A DNA stretch of 38,609 nucleotides, taken from assembly GCA_025997955.1 (NCBI GenBank), contig BNVH01000030.1, positions 1 to 38,609 of the forward strand, in the 5' to 3' direction. The translations under genes and the position numbers were made by a program. Positions 18,117 to 27,316 of this stretch are shown one piece after another. This stretch comes from Synergistales bacterium (GTDB taxonomy: Bacteria > Synergistota > Synergistia > Synergistales > Aminobacteriaceae). The notes beneath the pieces were generated by a model. It did no database searches and had not been told where the DNA came from. It saw nothing but the letters and a program-made list of their open reading frames with translations. Numbering within the stretch: position 1 is the first letter of the stretch; each line of letters begins with the position of its first letter.

Positions 18117-19454
18117 ATGAAAGTTATGCTTATCGGCAGTGGCGGGCGTGAGCATGCCTTGGCTTGGAAAATCTCACAGAGCGCCTCTATGGACAAGTTA
18201 TACGCTGTGCCCGGAAACCCTGGCATAGAGGAAATAGCGCGTCTTGTTCCATATGACGTCACGGACATCGACAAAATAGCGATGTTTGCCGCCGAGGAGT
18301 CTATCGACTTAGTGGTCGTGGGGCCCGAAGTTCCCTTGGCTTTGGGCTTGGCCGACGCGTTGGCTGTTCGCAAAATCCCCTGCTTTGGGCCAGGCGCGAA
18401 GGGCGCTCTTTTGGAGAGCTCAAAAAAATACGCGCGCGACTTTATGGCCCGTTATGACCTCCCATCTCCTAAATGGCGCGCGTTTTCGTCGCTGCAAGAC
18501 GCCGGGATTTATCTTACGACGTTGCCCGACGCGCCGGTAGTTATCAAAGCCGACGGTTTAGCTCAGGGAAAGGGCGTAGTCGTCGCGCAAGACAGGCTTG
18601 ACGCGTTCAGCGCGCTTGAGGAGATAATGGACAGCGGAAAATTCGGCCAAGCGGGAGAGGAGGTCCTTGTCGAGGAGTGTCTTTTCGGTGAAGAGGTGTC
18701 TTTGCTCGTGTTTTCGGACGGAAAAAAACTTTTGCCGATGATCCCGTCTCAGGATCATAAGCGTGCCGGCGACGGAGACACCGGCGAGAACACCGGCGGT
18801 ATGGGCGCCTACGCGCCGGTGTCGGCCTACACGCCTGAGATTGCCGAGGTTGTCGAGCGTACTATTATAAAACCTATAGAGAAGGCGTTCCGAGGGGAAG
18901 GCATAGACTATCGCGGTTGCCTCTATATAGGCCTCATGCTGACCGCCGACGGGCCAAAAATTATAGAGTTCAACGCGCGTTTCGGAGACCCGGAGACTCA
19001 GGCTATATTGCCGCTCTTGAAGTCGGATTTGCTGGGCGTGCTGTACGCCTGCGCGCTTGGCGACTTGGGTGATACGAAACTTGAATGGAGCGACGGCGCG
19101 GCCGCTTGCGTAGTGGTAGCCTCAATGGGATACCCAGCAAAATATAAAACCGGACAGCTCATAACGAACGACGAAAGCAAAAACGCGCCTCTTGCGGGGG
19201 GTTGCGCGCATCCCACAATGGTGTTTCACGCGGGGACGGCTTGGAACAAAAATCACGAGCTTGTCACGAACGGAGGTCGTGTTTTCGGCGTGGCGAGCGC
19301 AGGCGCGACCATCAAAGAAGCCTTGGATAATATTTACGCGCGTATTGACGGAATTCACTTTGACGGACTCGCCTTTCGCAAAGACATCGGCCACAGAGAA
19401 CTCTCTCGGTTAGGGCAATACAATGATAAGCGCGCGAATAGAAGATTATCTTGA
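18117..19454 (+). CDS. purD: Phosphoribosylamine--glycine ligase PurD.
   Basis: MKVMLIGSGGREHALAWK N-terminus, an ATP-grasp core and a C-terminal FRKDIGHRE motif. AGGAGA RBS. The 3' end overlaps the next gene by 32 nt. Confidence 0.92.
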   Translation: MKVMLIGSGGREHALAWKISQSASMDKLYAVPGNPGIEEIARLVPYDVTDIDKIAMFAAEESIDLVVVGPEVPLALGLADALAVRKIPCFGPGAKGALLESSKKYARDFMARYDLPSPKWRAFSSLQDAGIYLTTLPDAPVVIKADGLAQGKGVVVAQDRLDAFSALEEIMDSGKFGQAGEEVLVEECLFGEEVSLLVFSDGKKLLPMIPSQDHKRAGDGDTGENTGGMGAYAPVSAYTPEIAEVVERTIIKPIEKAFRGEGIDYRGCLYIGLMLTADGPKIIEFNARFGDPETQAILPLLKSDLLGVLYACALGDLGDTKLEWSDGAAACVVVASMGYPAKYKTGQLITNDESKNAPLAGGCAHPTMVFHAGTAWNKNHELVTNGGRVFGVASAGATIKEALDNIYARIDGIHFDGLAFRKDIGHRELSRLGQYNDKRANRRLS

Positions 19455-20097
19455 GGAGATATTTTTGATTGAGAGTACGGGGCGCGACATCACGGTCACC
19501 GACTTGGCCGAGAGACTTGGGATAACCAAGGGGACGGTCACGGTCGCGGTGCAAAAAATGGTAGATGCCGAGCTTCTGAACCACGAGCGCTACGGAGCTT
19601 TGCATCTCACAGCGCAAGGGCGCATCAAAGGGTTGCTCGTCTATCGCAGACATGAGGGCCTGAGAGCCTTTTTCCATGAGCTTCTCGGCGTGGACCGGGA
19701 GCGCGCGTCAGAGATGGCCTGCAATATGGAGCATTATATAGACAGCGTTACGGACGAGCGCCTCTACTCTATGATTGAGTTTTTCAGAGGGGCGCGGGCG
19801 AACAAAGAGCCTTGGGTGGGCGACCTCTTCGCCGCTACCGAAAGCCGCGTGCTTTTGCCTAATCCGCTGTCCGTGTTTGAACCTGGCCAAAAGGGCGTCG
19901 TTACGCACCTTACAGCCGAGAGCGAGTTGCGGGGGAGCCTTAGCGAGAAGGGCTTCGTAGCGGGCGCGGCCGTCTCCTGTTTGGAAAGCGGCTCGGACGA
20001 TGTCCTGCTCATAAGCGTCACGCCGTCGAAGGGCAGACCCGAGGAGATGTCCGTTTCACGCAAAGATGCCGCGACTGTGTGGCTTAGAATGAACTGA
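19423..20097 (+). CDS. DtxR/MntR-family metal-dependent transcriptional repressor with a C-terminal FeoA/SH3-like domain.
   Basis: The N-terminal HTH (EDYLEEIFLIESTGRDITVTDLAERLGITKGTVTVAVQKM), a dimerisation/metal-binding region and a ~70-aa SH3-like tail are typical of TroR/IdeR/MntR proteins. Confidence 0.8.
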   Translation: MISARIEDYLEEIFLIESTGRDITVTDLAERLGITKGTVTVAVQKMVDAELLNHERYGALHLTAQGRIKGLLVYRRHEGLRAFFHELLGVDRERASEMACNMEHYIDSVTDERLYSMIEFFRGARANKEPWVGDLFAATESRVLLPNPLSVFEPGQKGVVTHLTAESELRGSLSEKGFVAGAAVSCLESGSDDVLLISVTPSKGRPEEMSVSRKDAATVWLRMN

Positions 20098-20104
20098 TAT
20101 CAAT

Positions 20105-20137
20105 TAAAAAAGCCCCCTGAACAGGGGGCTTTTTTAA
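20105..20137. terminator. Bidirectional Rho-independent terminator between the convergent dtxR-like and carboxypeptidase genes.
   Basis: AAAAAAGCCCCCTGAACAGGGGGCTTTTTT: a perfect 8-9-bp GC stem flanked by an A-run on one side and a T-run on the other. Confidence 0.85.
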
Positions 20138-20164
20138 TTGATTAAAATCGCGTTCAGATCTGAG

Positions 20165-22660
20165 TTATTTCTTCTTCGTAACCTTCAGGCCAAGCAAGCC
20201 GACGATCAAAAACGCCGCTACGCCAAAGCCAGCGTCGCATCCGCCGCCACTGCTGCTACCGCCGCCACTGCTGCCGCCCTTGGAGTAGGCCACAACAAAG
20301 GCTTCTTTGTAGTATCCTAGATAGCCGCCCGCCGTAAAATGATCCTTGTCGATAGTAAATTTGCCGTTGGCATCGGGGGTAAGGGGATCCCACGTTTTAG
20401 CGGCGCCGTGCAGTACGTAATAGTCGTAATTACCGCTGGTCGGCTTGTACTGCACCGGGGCGATAACAACGCTGCCGTCCGCCTTCTTTGTCGGGCTCGC
20501 CAGTACGCGGAATTTGCTGGCGAAAATCGGATTGTCGCTGCGCGACAAAGCGGTTTTCACATCCGCCAGCTCAGCGTCGGTGATAGTGCCGAGTCCGGCA
20601 AGCGGAGAATCCTCAATAAACGGAGGCAGATCGCCGGGCATCTTGTACGTAGGCAGGCTCTTCGCTCCGGCGTAACGATAAATTGGGTACTCGCCGCCTT
20701 GTCTTACCTCGAAGAACCCCTCGTCTCGGCAGTATGCGATCTTGTTCGGATCGGTGCTAATCTGAGTGAGATAGTAGTTGGCGAAGTTGCGCTGACCCAT
20801 TGGTTCAAGCGCGAGCGCGGCCGCGGTCGCCGGAACCTGGTCGGTGTACATGACGAACGTGCCCTTCGGAAGCGTCACGGTCTTCGTAGTTTTGGAAACC
20901 GCGCTGATACCCGTCGATACGGCGCTGATGGCCTTGTTGCGAATCTTGCCGCTTATCGGATCGTTGAGTTTGAAGCCAACGACGCCCATATCAGCGGGCG
21001 ATACATCGGGAGAAGAGACGGAGTTAGAGATCTTATTGATGGTATAGACTTCTACGTTCAGCGAGGTGTCAGCGGTCAAACGCTCGAACTTGACGCCGTT
21101 TATTGACAACTTGCCCACCACATTGCGCATCACGTCGGTATCCGGGATGATATACGCCGTCGGCTTCGGAACGGAAGAGAACTGCACGTCAGGATCCGCA
21201 ACCGCGTTGCGCGAACGGTACATCACCGCTTCGTATGACGTATCCACAAGTCCGGTGAAACCGGGACGCCAATTCGTAATGGGCCACTGTTCTTTAACCG
21301 CCGGGAAGCGAAGTCTCAGAATGAGGGTCTTGTTATTGATCATCTCCTGGCTGCCGTCTGTTTGCTGCTTCTTCAGTTCATCGGCGTGCGAGGCCGCCGT
21401 GTTCAAAAGCGAAGCCGCGGTCAGGTAGTGAGTGTACACGCGGCGCAGATAGCTGGCAAAGCCGTTGGGAGATCTCGTTTCCGCCAAGAAGCTGGAGGCG
21501 GGGAGGAAACCGAAGTTCGGTCGCCCTATGCCTTCGTCATTTGTACCTTCCGACATGTGATACTTCCGCTGAGCCGGAAACTCTCCTTGAACCACACTGA
21601 GATCAGCGCTGAGAACCTCTGTTTTGATGTACGTCTCATTCGCGATGTTCTCGTCGTAGTAATGCCACTCAATGTTCTTGGCGTTCAAATCCTTCTCGAA
21701 ATTCTTCATGAAGACATCGTAGGCAAAGTCGATGACGGCTTTGGGGATGTTTGGATTCTGGCCCGGTTCAGTCGCGATGTCGTGACGCTGATAATGCCAA
21801 GGATACCCCGCGGAGCCCGCGGGCATACTGTTGCCGTTGGTGAATCCCATTTCGTGCAGGTCAATAGCGGCCACCGGCTTGTAGTCCAGCGCAACACGGT
21901 GAACCGTCATGGAGAAGTAGGACTGCATAACGATGTGGTCGCGATTCTGGTCGAAGCCCATCTCAGATCCCGGCCTGCCGGCAAGGACGTTGGTACCTCT
22001 TATGGTGTGCTTCGCGCCGTCCAAGTTCCAGCGAGGCAGCAAAACCAGAGTCACCTTTTTCAAGACTTCGTTGAAGTCTCCGTTGGCAACCCGGCGCGCC
22101 AGTTCCAGCGCTCCGTCCGAACCCGACGGTTCGTTGCCATGAATTGATCCCTGGACGTAGACAACCGGCTTACCCAGAGCCTTCACTTCCTCCGGGGTGA
22201 AAACGTCGCCCTTTTCGCTGAAAACCGCAAGGATCATGTCATGCCATTCATTTTTGAATGTCCTGTCCGCGTCGTAGTCGGGGAAGCTTCCTATGATACC
22301 CGTGCGCATATGGGTCTTGGGAAGAGCCTGGATATAATTGATGAGTTCTTCCGTGGTGGTGTACTTCCATTGGTCGCCCGCCGCCGCGCTGCCGTGGCCT
22401 GTTCCTGGTGTGCCGGACCCTCCGCTCGCTCCGTTGACCGACGGAACGTTCACTTTCTTGACGTCCTCCGTGTTCATTCCCTTCGCCGTGCTGTCGAAAT
22501 AGTCGCGGACGATTTGAGGATACGTCGACAGTGACTCATTCTCTTCAAACCACGGATTCTTATCCGTTGCTATCGAAGGAATAGCCGCCGCCAGTAACGC
22601 CGCCGCCACAAAAAATACGACTAAAAATTTCCAAGCGCTTTTCTTTTCGAACATCTTCAA
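20165..22660 (-). CDS. Secreted M14-family zinc carboxypeptidase with a C-terminal Gly/Ser-linker + Cys motif + TM + KKK sorting signal. Start is TTG 22660 or ATG 22654 (the longest ORF starts at GTG 22669).
   Basis: Signal peptide; M14 zinc-binding motif SIHGNEPSG plus a downstream His. The C-terminus is GGSSGGGSSSGGGCDAGFGVAAFLIVGLLGLKVTKKK. A GGAG RBS lies 8 nt upstream of TTG 22660. Confidence 0.75.
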   Translation of the reverse strand: MKMFEKKSAWKFLVVFFVAAALLAAAIPSIATDKNPWFEENESLSTYPQIVRDYFDSTAKGMNTEDVKKVNVPSVNGASGGSGTPGTGHGSAAAGDQWKYTTTEELINYIQALPKTHMRTGIIGSFPDYDADRTFKNEWHDMILAVFSEKGDVFTPEEVKALGKPVVYVQGSIHGNEPSGSDGALELARRVANGDFNEVLKKVTLVLLPRWNLDGAKHTIRGTNVLAGRPGSEMGFDQNRDHIVMQSYFSMTVHRVALDYKPVAAIDLHEMGFTNGNSMPAGSAGYPWHYQRHDIATEPGQNPNIPKAVIDFAYDVFMKNFEKDLNAKNIEWHYYDENIANETYIKTEVLSADLSVVQGEFPAQRKYHMSEGTNDEGIGRPNFGFLPASSFLAETRSPNGFASYLRRVYTHYLTAASLLNTAASHADELKKQQTDGSQEMINNKTLILRLRFPAVKEQWPITNWRPGFTGLVDTSYEAVMYRSRNAVADPDVQFSSVPKPTAYIIPDTDVMRNVVGKLSINGVKFERLTADTSLNVEVYTINKISNSVSSPDVSPADMGVVGFKLNDPISGKIRNKAISAVSTGISAVSKTTKTVTLPKGTFVMYTDQVPATAAALALEPMGQRNFANYYLTQISTDPNKIAYCRDEGFFEVRQGGEYPIYRYAGAKSLPTYKMPGDLPPFIEDSPLAGLGTITDAELADVKTALSRSDNPIFASKFRVLASPTKKADGSVVIAPVQYKPTSGNYDYYVLHGAAKTWDPLTPDANGKFTIDKDHFTAGGYLGYYKEAFVVAYSKGGSSGGGSSSGGGCDAGFGVAAFLIVGLLGLKVTKKK

Positions 22661-22717
22661 AACAACCACTCCTTTTCAAATTATTTTCTGTTCCGTTTTG
22701 TTTCACTATCTTGACAT

Positions 22718-22746
22718 ATTATACAACGGAGGTCACTTTGATACAA
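22718..22746 (-). promoter_or_regulatory. Sigma70-like promoter for the carboxypeptidase gene (-35 TTGTAT at 22741-22746, 17-nt spacer, TG-extended -10 TGTATAAT at 22718-22725).
   Basis: Read off the minus strand. The -10 has the same TGTATAAT form as the MCP 1 promoter. Confidence 0.4.
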
Positions 22747-22805
22747 TGAGTCAACCCTGACTTTAACACAAATGGCGGCCTACGGGTCACCCGCCCTTAC
22801 TTTCC

Positions 22806-25800
22806 TCACCGCGTCTCTTTGATGAGCTCTAGCATCTCCTCCGCGCTTATGCGCGTCGGGGTATCGGAGTCGCCTATCAGGCTTTCGGCCAAGTCGCGCT
22901 TCCAGGCGTGGAGATCTACGATTTTTTCCTCTATGGTGTCCTTGGCGACGATGCGGTAGACCGTCACGGGGCGGTCTTGGCCTATGCGGTGCGCTCTGTC
23001 GGACGCCTGCTGCTCGACGGCCGGGTTCCACCACGGGTCCATGTGGATTACGTAGTCGGCGGCCGTGAGGTTCAGCCCCACGCCACCGGCCTTCAGGCTT
23101 ATCAAGAAGCAGTCGCCCTCGCCGTTTTGAAACGCCGTCACTCTCTTTTCGCGCTCTCTCGGCGTCACGGCGCCGTCTAAATACTGATAGGGAATGCTCT
23201 CGCCGTCCAAGTAGTTCCGTATGAGGGTCAGGTGGCCCACAAACTGGCTGAACACCAAGGCTTTATGGCTGCCGGAGCGCAGGTCTGACAAAATCTCAGC
23301 GAACGCCTCAAGCTTAGCGGATGGAAATTCTTTTATCATAGAGGCCTCAAGCGTCTCGTCAGCCGCCGCTTCGGACTTTTTCATGGCCAAAACCGAGGAG
23401 CAGCAGGCGCGTCTGAGGCGCATGAGCTCAGCGAAGATCTGAAAGCGCTTGTCCGCCACGGCTTCATTGTTTTCCGAGAGACTCTCTACGGCGTCGCGCC
23501 GCAGCGCCTCGTAAAACGCCCTCTCTTTTTCTTTCATCTCCACGCGCAAAGTTATTTCGGTCTTGGCCGGAAGCTCCTCAAGCACCTGCTCTTTGTTGCG
23601 GCGCAGGATAAAGGGCTGCAATATACGCTTCAGTCTCGCCTTGGCGGACTTGTCGCCGTCGCGCTCTATCGGGATGATGAAGCGTCTGCTGAAGCTGTCA
23701 AGAGACCCTAAATAATGCGGATTTAGAAAACGAAAGATGTTCCAGAGCTCGGTCATGCGGTTTTCTATGGGGGTGCCGGTCGTGGCTACGCGAAAGGTTC
23801 CCTTTAGCTTCATTGCGGCCGCAGAGCGTTTCGTGCCCATGTTTTTGATGGCCTGAGCCTCGTCCAAGACGACGGTGCGCCACTCTATGGCGGAGAGCTG
23901 CTCTATTTCGTTTTGCAAAAGCCCGTAGCTCGTCACGACCACGTCGAACGGCGTGAGCTCTTTTAGGGTTTTTTCGCGGTCGCCGTAACGGAGTTCTTTC
24001 ATATTAAGAGTGGGCGTGAAACGCGCGGCCTCGCTTATCCAGTTCGAGCATACGCTTGTGGGGGCCACGACAAGCGAAGGCGCGTCTCCCGTGCTGGCGC
24101 GCGAAAGAATGAGGGCGAGCGCCTGAATGGTCTTGCCAAGCCCCATGTCATCGGCCAGACAAGCCCCGGCGCCCCAGTGTGACAGGCGCGTCATCCAGCG
24201 ATACCCCTCAAACTGATACTCGCGCATCTCCCCCTTGAACGTGGAGGGAAGGTTCGGGTTCAGTTTGGCCGCTTCGTTTATCAAACTTAAGCGTTTTTTC
24301 CACTCGGCGTCGCTCGTGAAGGACGCGGTCTCGCCCTCAAGCGGCTCCAGAAGATGCGCGGCCAGCGGTGAAACGCGAAGCTCGTCCCCGCGCATGTCGC
24401 CGAACGACAACAGCTCATCCATGCGCCTCTTGAACTCCTTGGTCAGAGCCAAAAACTGCCCGTCGCCGAGCGGCAAAAAGCGCCCCTGCGCGTTCTTCAT
24501 GAGCCCCAAGACGTCTTTTAGGCTCATGACGAGTTCTTCGTCTATTTTAATCTCCCCGGACAGGGCGAACCAATCGTCCGCGCTCCTTATGGATACGCCA
24601 AGGGACGACAAAGAGACCTGTTTTTTGACCCTCATAGTCTCGCCCTTGGGCCACTCAGGCGCCACGTCGTTCCCCATGGCCTTTATCTGAGTCAGAAATT
24701 CGAGCGACAGGTCAGGCGTGGGCAGGTACCACCGCTCGTCCGATATCTGCTCCCCCTCGGAGAGGGCGGGAGAGGCGCTTATCATCTTCGCAAGCTCATC
24801 TCGCTCGCGCGTCAGGTCGCGCTTCGCCAAGGCGCGCTTTTCGCCTCTGAGCCCGTAGACATTTACGCCTCCCGCGCCTGGGCGGCACGGCGCGCTGCCT
24901 ACACCCAGCGGGCGCACGACGGCCTCCACGTCAAGCCCCAAGTCCGACGGCTGAATCTGAACGCATATTCGCGCCTCGGCCTCGACTTGTTCTATATCGG
25001 CGCCCGTCTCTATGCCGTCTATGTCGGACTGGATGCTCACAACGGTAGAGAGGTCTCCCAGGGTCTTGAGCAGGGGAACCTTGCCGTCCGCCGGAACTGG
25101 CGCGCCTTTTTCTCCTATGAGCTTAGCCATCTTGAAATGTTCCGCTCTAAATATCGTGACGCGCAGACAGCTCGGCCCGTCCTCCACAGCCACGTACTGA
25201 GGGATTGTGTCGTTCTCAGGGAACGGCGACATAGTTACGACATAGCCGTCACGTTTCGAGGCTGTAGTTATGCGCGGCTCGTCGACCACTATTTCGACGT
25301 GAGCGCCGTCCTTGGCCCTGAAAATATATGGATGCCCCGCGAGCGCGGGCAGTATCCTCGTGTAGTCCACGCCGTAGACGACGCCGCCCCAGCTGTGCTC
25401 CTCGCGAACCGCGCCGACTGCTATGTGGTCTTGCTCCGTCATGGACTCTATGTCGGCCTTTTTGTAAACTCGGCTGAGCGCCACGGCCTTGCCCTTGCTC
25501 CAGCCGTTTGCGCCGCTCGTCTGCTCCATGGGCCTCACCGAGATGTGTGAGACGCGTCCGGTTTTTTTGTCGGCGGCCCATTCTATCTCCCATATAAAGC
25601 GCTTGCCCTTCGGCGTATTGACCTTCAAGGCCGCGCGTCCTATCTCGGAAAGCGCGGCTAAGACCCTCTCCCAATCCGACTGTCGGCGCATTATGTTTTT
25701 TATGGAATTTTCGAGCGGGGGCGCGTCTTCTTTCCCCAACCATACAGAGTTTCGGATGTCTCTCAGGTTCTCGGCCAAAAAGGTAAAGCCGAGGTCCAAG

Positions 25801-26993
25801 AGGCGCCTGTAAATTTTCCTTGTCAACGGCTCTAGGAGCTTGAATGACTCGTCTCCCAGCCAGTAACCGTACAATATAAAGAAAAACGCGTCTATGGGGT
25901 TGACCGATTCGCCTGAGAACTCGGCCTCCTTGATGAAATACCTCTCCGCCGGAATGTGCGCGTAAAAAGTATGCAGTAGACTGAACGCTTTATGAGTGAG
26001 ACCGCTATGCACATCGACGGCGCCCTCTATGTATTCCTCCACTTTTTTTGACTCAGCGCCGCTCGCCATCAGCAATATCGGATAAAAGACGCCGCACCAC
26101 GAGAAAAACGCCGTCTTGCGTTTGTGCCTCAGTTTGCGGAGGCTTTTCAGCCCGCTCTCGTATAGGTCAAAAGCCTTTGCCCGCTCGCCCCTAAAAAGGG
26201 CGGCTGTAGCGGCGTAAGCGAGAATCTCAGGATCCCCCTCGAGTCGGCGGGAGCGCTCCACTACCTCCTCGAAGCGTCCCTCTATCATGGCGTATTCCGC
26301 CCAAAGATAAAAACTTTCGTTCTCGTCTTTGTATCCAGACTCGAATATGTTTTTAATTTCCATGAAAGCCGGCGCGTCCGACATGAAGACGAAAAGCAGC
26401 ATGTCAAACAGGTTGACGGCCATATTTGGCGACAGGTTTGAGAGGTAGTCCTTGTCTATCGGGTTGGCCAAAATCTGCACAACGGGATTGGTTTCCTTAT
26501 GTCCGACGTTAGACGCCACAATCGGCAGCGTCATGAGCTTTGCGTAGCGTTTGTCGTCGCCCCTATAGAAAACTTCTCGGGCGACGCGCAAAAATTGTTC
26601 CCTCGAAATATAATAGTATAGGTCGTTCTCGTCTTTTAAGCTCAGGATTTTTTTGGCCGTTTTATTGATTGTGTCAAATTCACCGCGTTCTAAGGACTCC
26701 CGCGTAGCTATTTCTACCAAAAGCGAATGGCATTGCCAAGCGTCCAATCTGCTTGGCCTCGTTCTTTGGACTATGCCTTTTTTAAGCCATTCGTCCAAAA
26801 GCTCGCCCCATTTTTTGAGCGTCCACTTGCCCCAGGGGTATCTTGAACCCACGGCTCGCATGACGTCGGCAATACCGGACACTGGCGTAGGGACATATAT
26901 GACGGACAACACCCGATACGCCGCGCGCTCATCCTCGCTCAAGCTCTGATATATATTAAGAAGTTTTTTTCTTTTGTTTTCGTCAAAAAACAT
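22806..26993 (-). CDS. SNF2/RAD54-family ATP-dependent helicase (~1400 aa) with a long N-terminal non-catalytic extension (helical/TPR-like, then a bacterial SNF2-associated-like region). Start at ATG 26993 or upstream TTG 27014.
   Basis: The C-terminal ~550 aa carry SNF2 motifs I-VI (DDMGLGKTIQALAL; VVLDEAQAIKN; TGTPIENR; ...ISLKAGGVGLNLTAADYVIHMDPWWNPAVEQQASDRAHRIGQ). The ~850-aa N-terminus has no motif I can name with certainty. Confidence 0.85.
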   Translation of the reverse strand: MFFDENKRKKLLNIYQSLSEDERAAYRVLSVIYVPTPVSGIADVMRAVGSRYPWGKWTLKKWGELLDEWLKKGIVQRTRPSRLDAWQCHSLLVEIATRESLERGEFDTINKTAKKILSLKDENDLYYYISREQFLRVAREVFYRGDDKRYAKLMTLPIVASNVGHKETNPVVQILANPIDKDYLSNLSPNMAVNLFDMLLFVFMSDAPAFMEIKNIFESGYKDENESFYLWAEYAMIEGRFEEVVERSRRLEGDPEILAYAATAALFRGERAKAFDLYESGLKSLRKLRHKRKTAFFSWCGVFYPILLMASGAESKKVEEYIEGAVDVHSGLTHKAFSLLHTFYAHIPAERYFIKEAEFSGESVNPIDAFFFILYGYWLGDESFKLLEPLTRKIYRRLLDLGFTFLAENLRDIRNSVWLGKEDAPPLENSIKNIMRRQSDWERVLAALSEIGRAALKVNTPKGKRFIWEIEWAADKKTGRVSHISVRPMEQTSGANGWSKGKAVALSRVYKKADIESMTEQDHIAVGAVREEHSWGGVVYGVDYTRILPALAGHPYIFRAKDGAHVEIVVDEPRITTASKRDGYVVTMSPFPENDTIPQYVAVEDGPSCLRVTIFRAEHFKMAKLIGEKGAPVPADGKVPLLKTLGDLSTVVSIQSDIDGIETGADIEQVEAEARICVQIQPSDLGLDVEAVVRPLGVGSAPCRPGAGGVNVYGLRGEKRALAKRDLTRERDELAKMISASPALSEGEQISDERWYLPTPDLSLEFLTQIKAMGNDVAPEWPKGETMRVKKQVSLSSLGVSIRSADDWFALSGEIKIDEELVMSLKDVLGLMKNAQGRFLPLGDGQFLALTKEFKRRMDELLSFGDMRGDELRVSPLAAHLLEPLEGETASFTSDAEWKKRLSLINEAAKLNPNLPSTFKGEMREYQFEGYRWMTRLSHWGAGACLADDMGLGKTIQALALILSRASTGDAPSLVVAPTSVCSNWISEAARFTPTLNMKELRYGDREKTLKELTPFDVVVTSYGLLQNEIEQLSAIEWRTVVLDEAQAIKNMGTKRSAAAMKLKGTFRVATTGTPIENRMTELWNIFRFLNPHYLGSLDSFSRRFIIPIERDGDKSAKARLKRILQPFILRRNKEQVLEELPAKTEITLRVEMKEKERAFYEALRRDAVESLSENNEAVADKRFQIFAELMRLRRACCSSVLAMKKSEAAADETLEASMIKEFPSAKLEAFAEILSDLRSGSHKALVFSQFVGHLTLIRNYLDGESIPYQYLDGAVTPREREKRVTAFQNGEGDCFLISLKAGGVGLNLTAADYVIHMDPWWNPAVEQQASDRAHRIGQDRPVTVYRIVAKDTIEEKIVDLHAWKRDLAESLIGDSDTPTRISAEEMLELIKETR

Positions 26994-27316
26994 AGATATA
27001 CTCGCTGATTCCAATCACCAAGCTGAGACTTATGGAAAAAGTCACCATCAAGCGCGCGCGAATAGACAACTAAACACCTCATCTCCTATGACTGGACGTG
27101 ATTTGACGATAGAATTTTATATGAATTATAGAGCATAGTCAATCAATTTAAGAACTTAAGAACGCCTGTCGCTCGCATGTGTAATATCCTTATATTTTCT
27201 CAAACGTTCATAAAAGAGGCTAACGATACGCGTGTCGGACGCCATAGATAAAAAATCGGAGTCGTGGTAGTATAACAAAGTGGTGTTTGTACAAAATTGG
27301 TAAGGAGATTATAGTT

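Noticed and set aside
20339-22147. Plus-strand ORFs of 255 and 261 codons (20339-21106, 21362-22147) antisense to the M14 carboxypeptidase gene
   Set aside because: They are antisense artefacts within a clearly homologous CDS. The translations are Arg/Gly/Val-rich low-information sequence typical of out-of-frame GC-rich DNA.
24987-25743. ORFs of 187 and 164 codons on both strands inside the SNF2 helicase gene
   Set aside because: Fully nested in the SNF2 CDS, whose conserved motifs run uninterrupted through this region. Arg-rich nonsense translations.
26993-27014. SWIM zinc-finger assignment for the SNF2 N-terminus
   Set aside because: The CxCxnCxH arrangement is absent; only isolated Cys/His residues are present (WQCH). 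SWIM was therefore not called.
27015-27286. A 272-nt divergent intergenic region screened for tRNA or small-RNA genes
   Set aside because: No T-loop (GTTCRA) or D-loop-like motifs or cloverleaf-compatible pairing were found. It only contains candidate divergent promoter elements (TGGTAGTAT upstream of slt).
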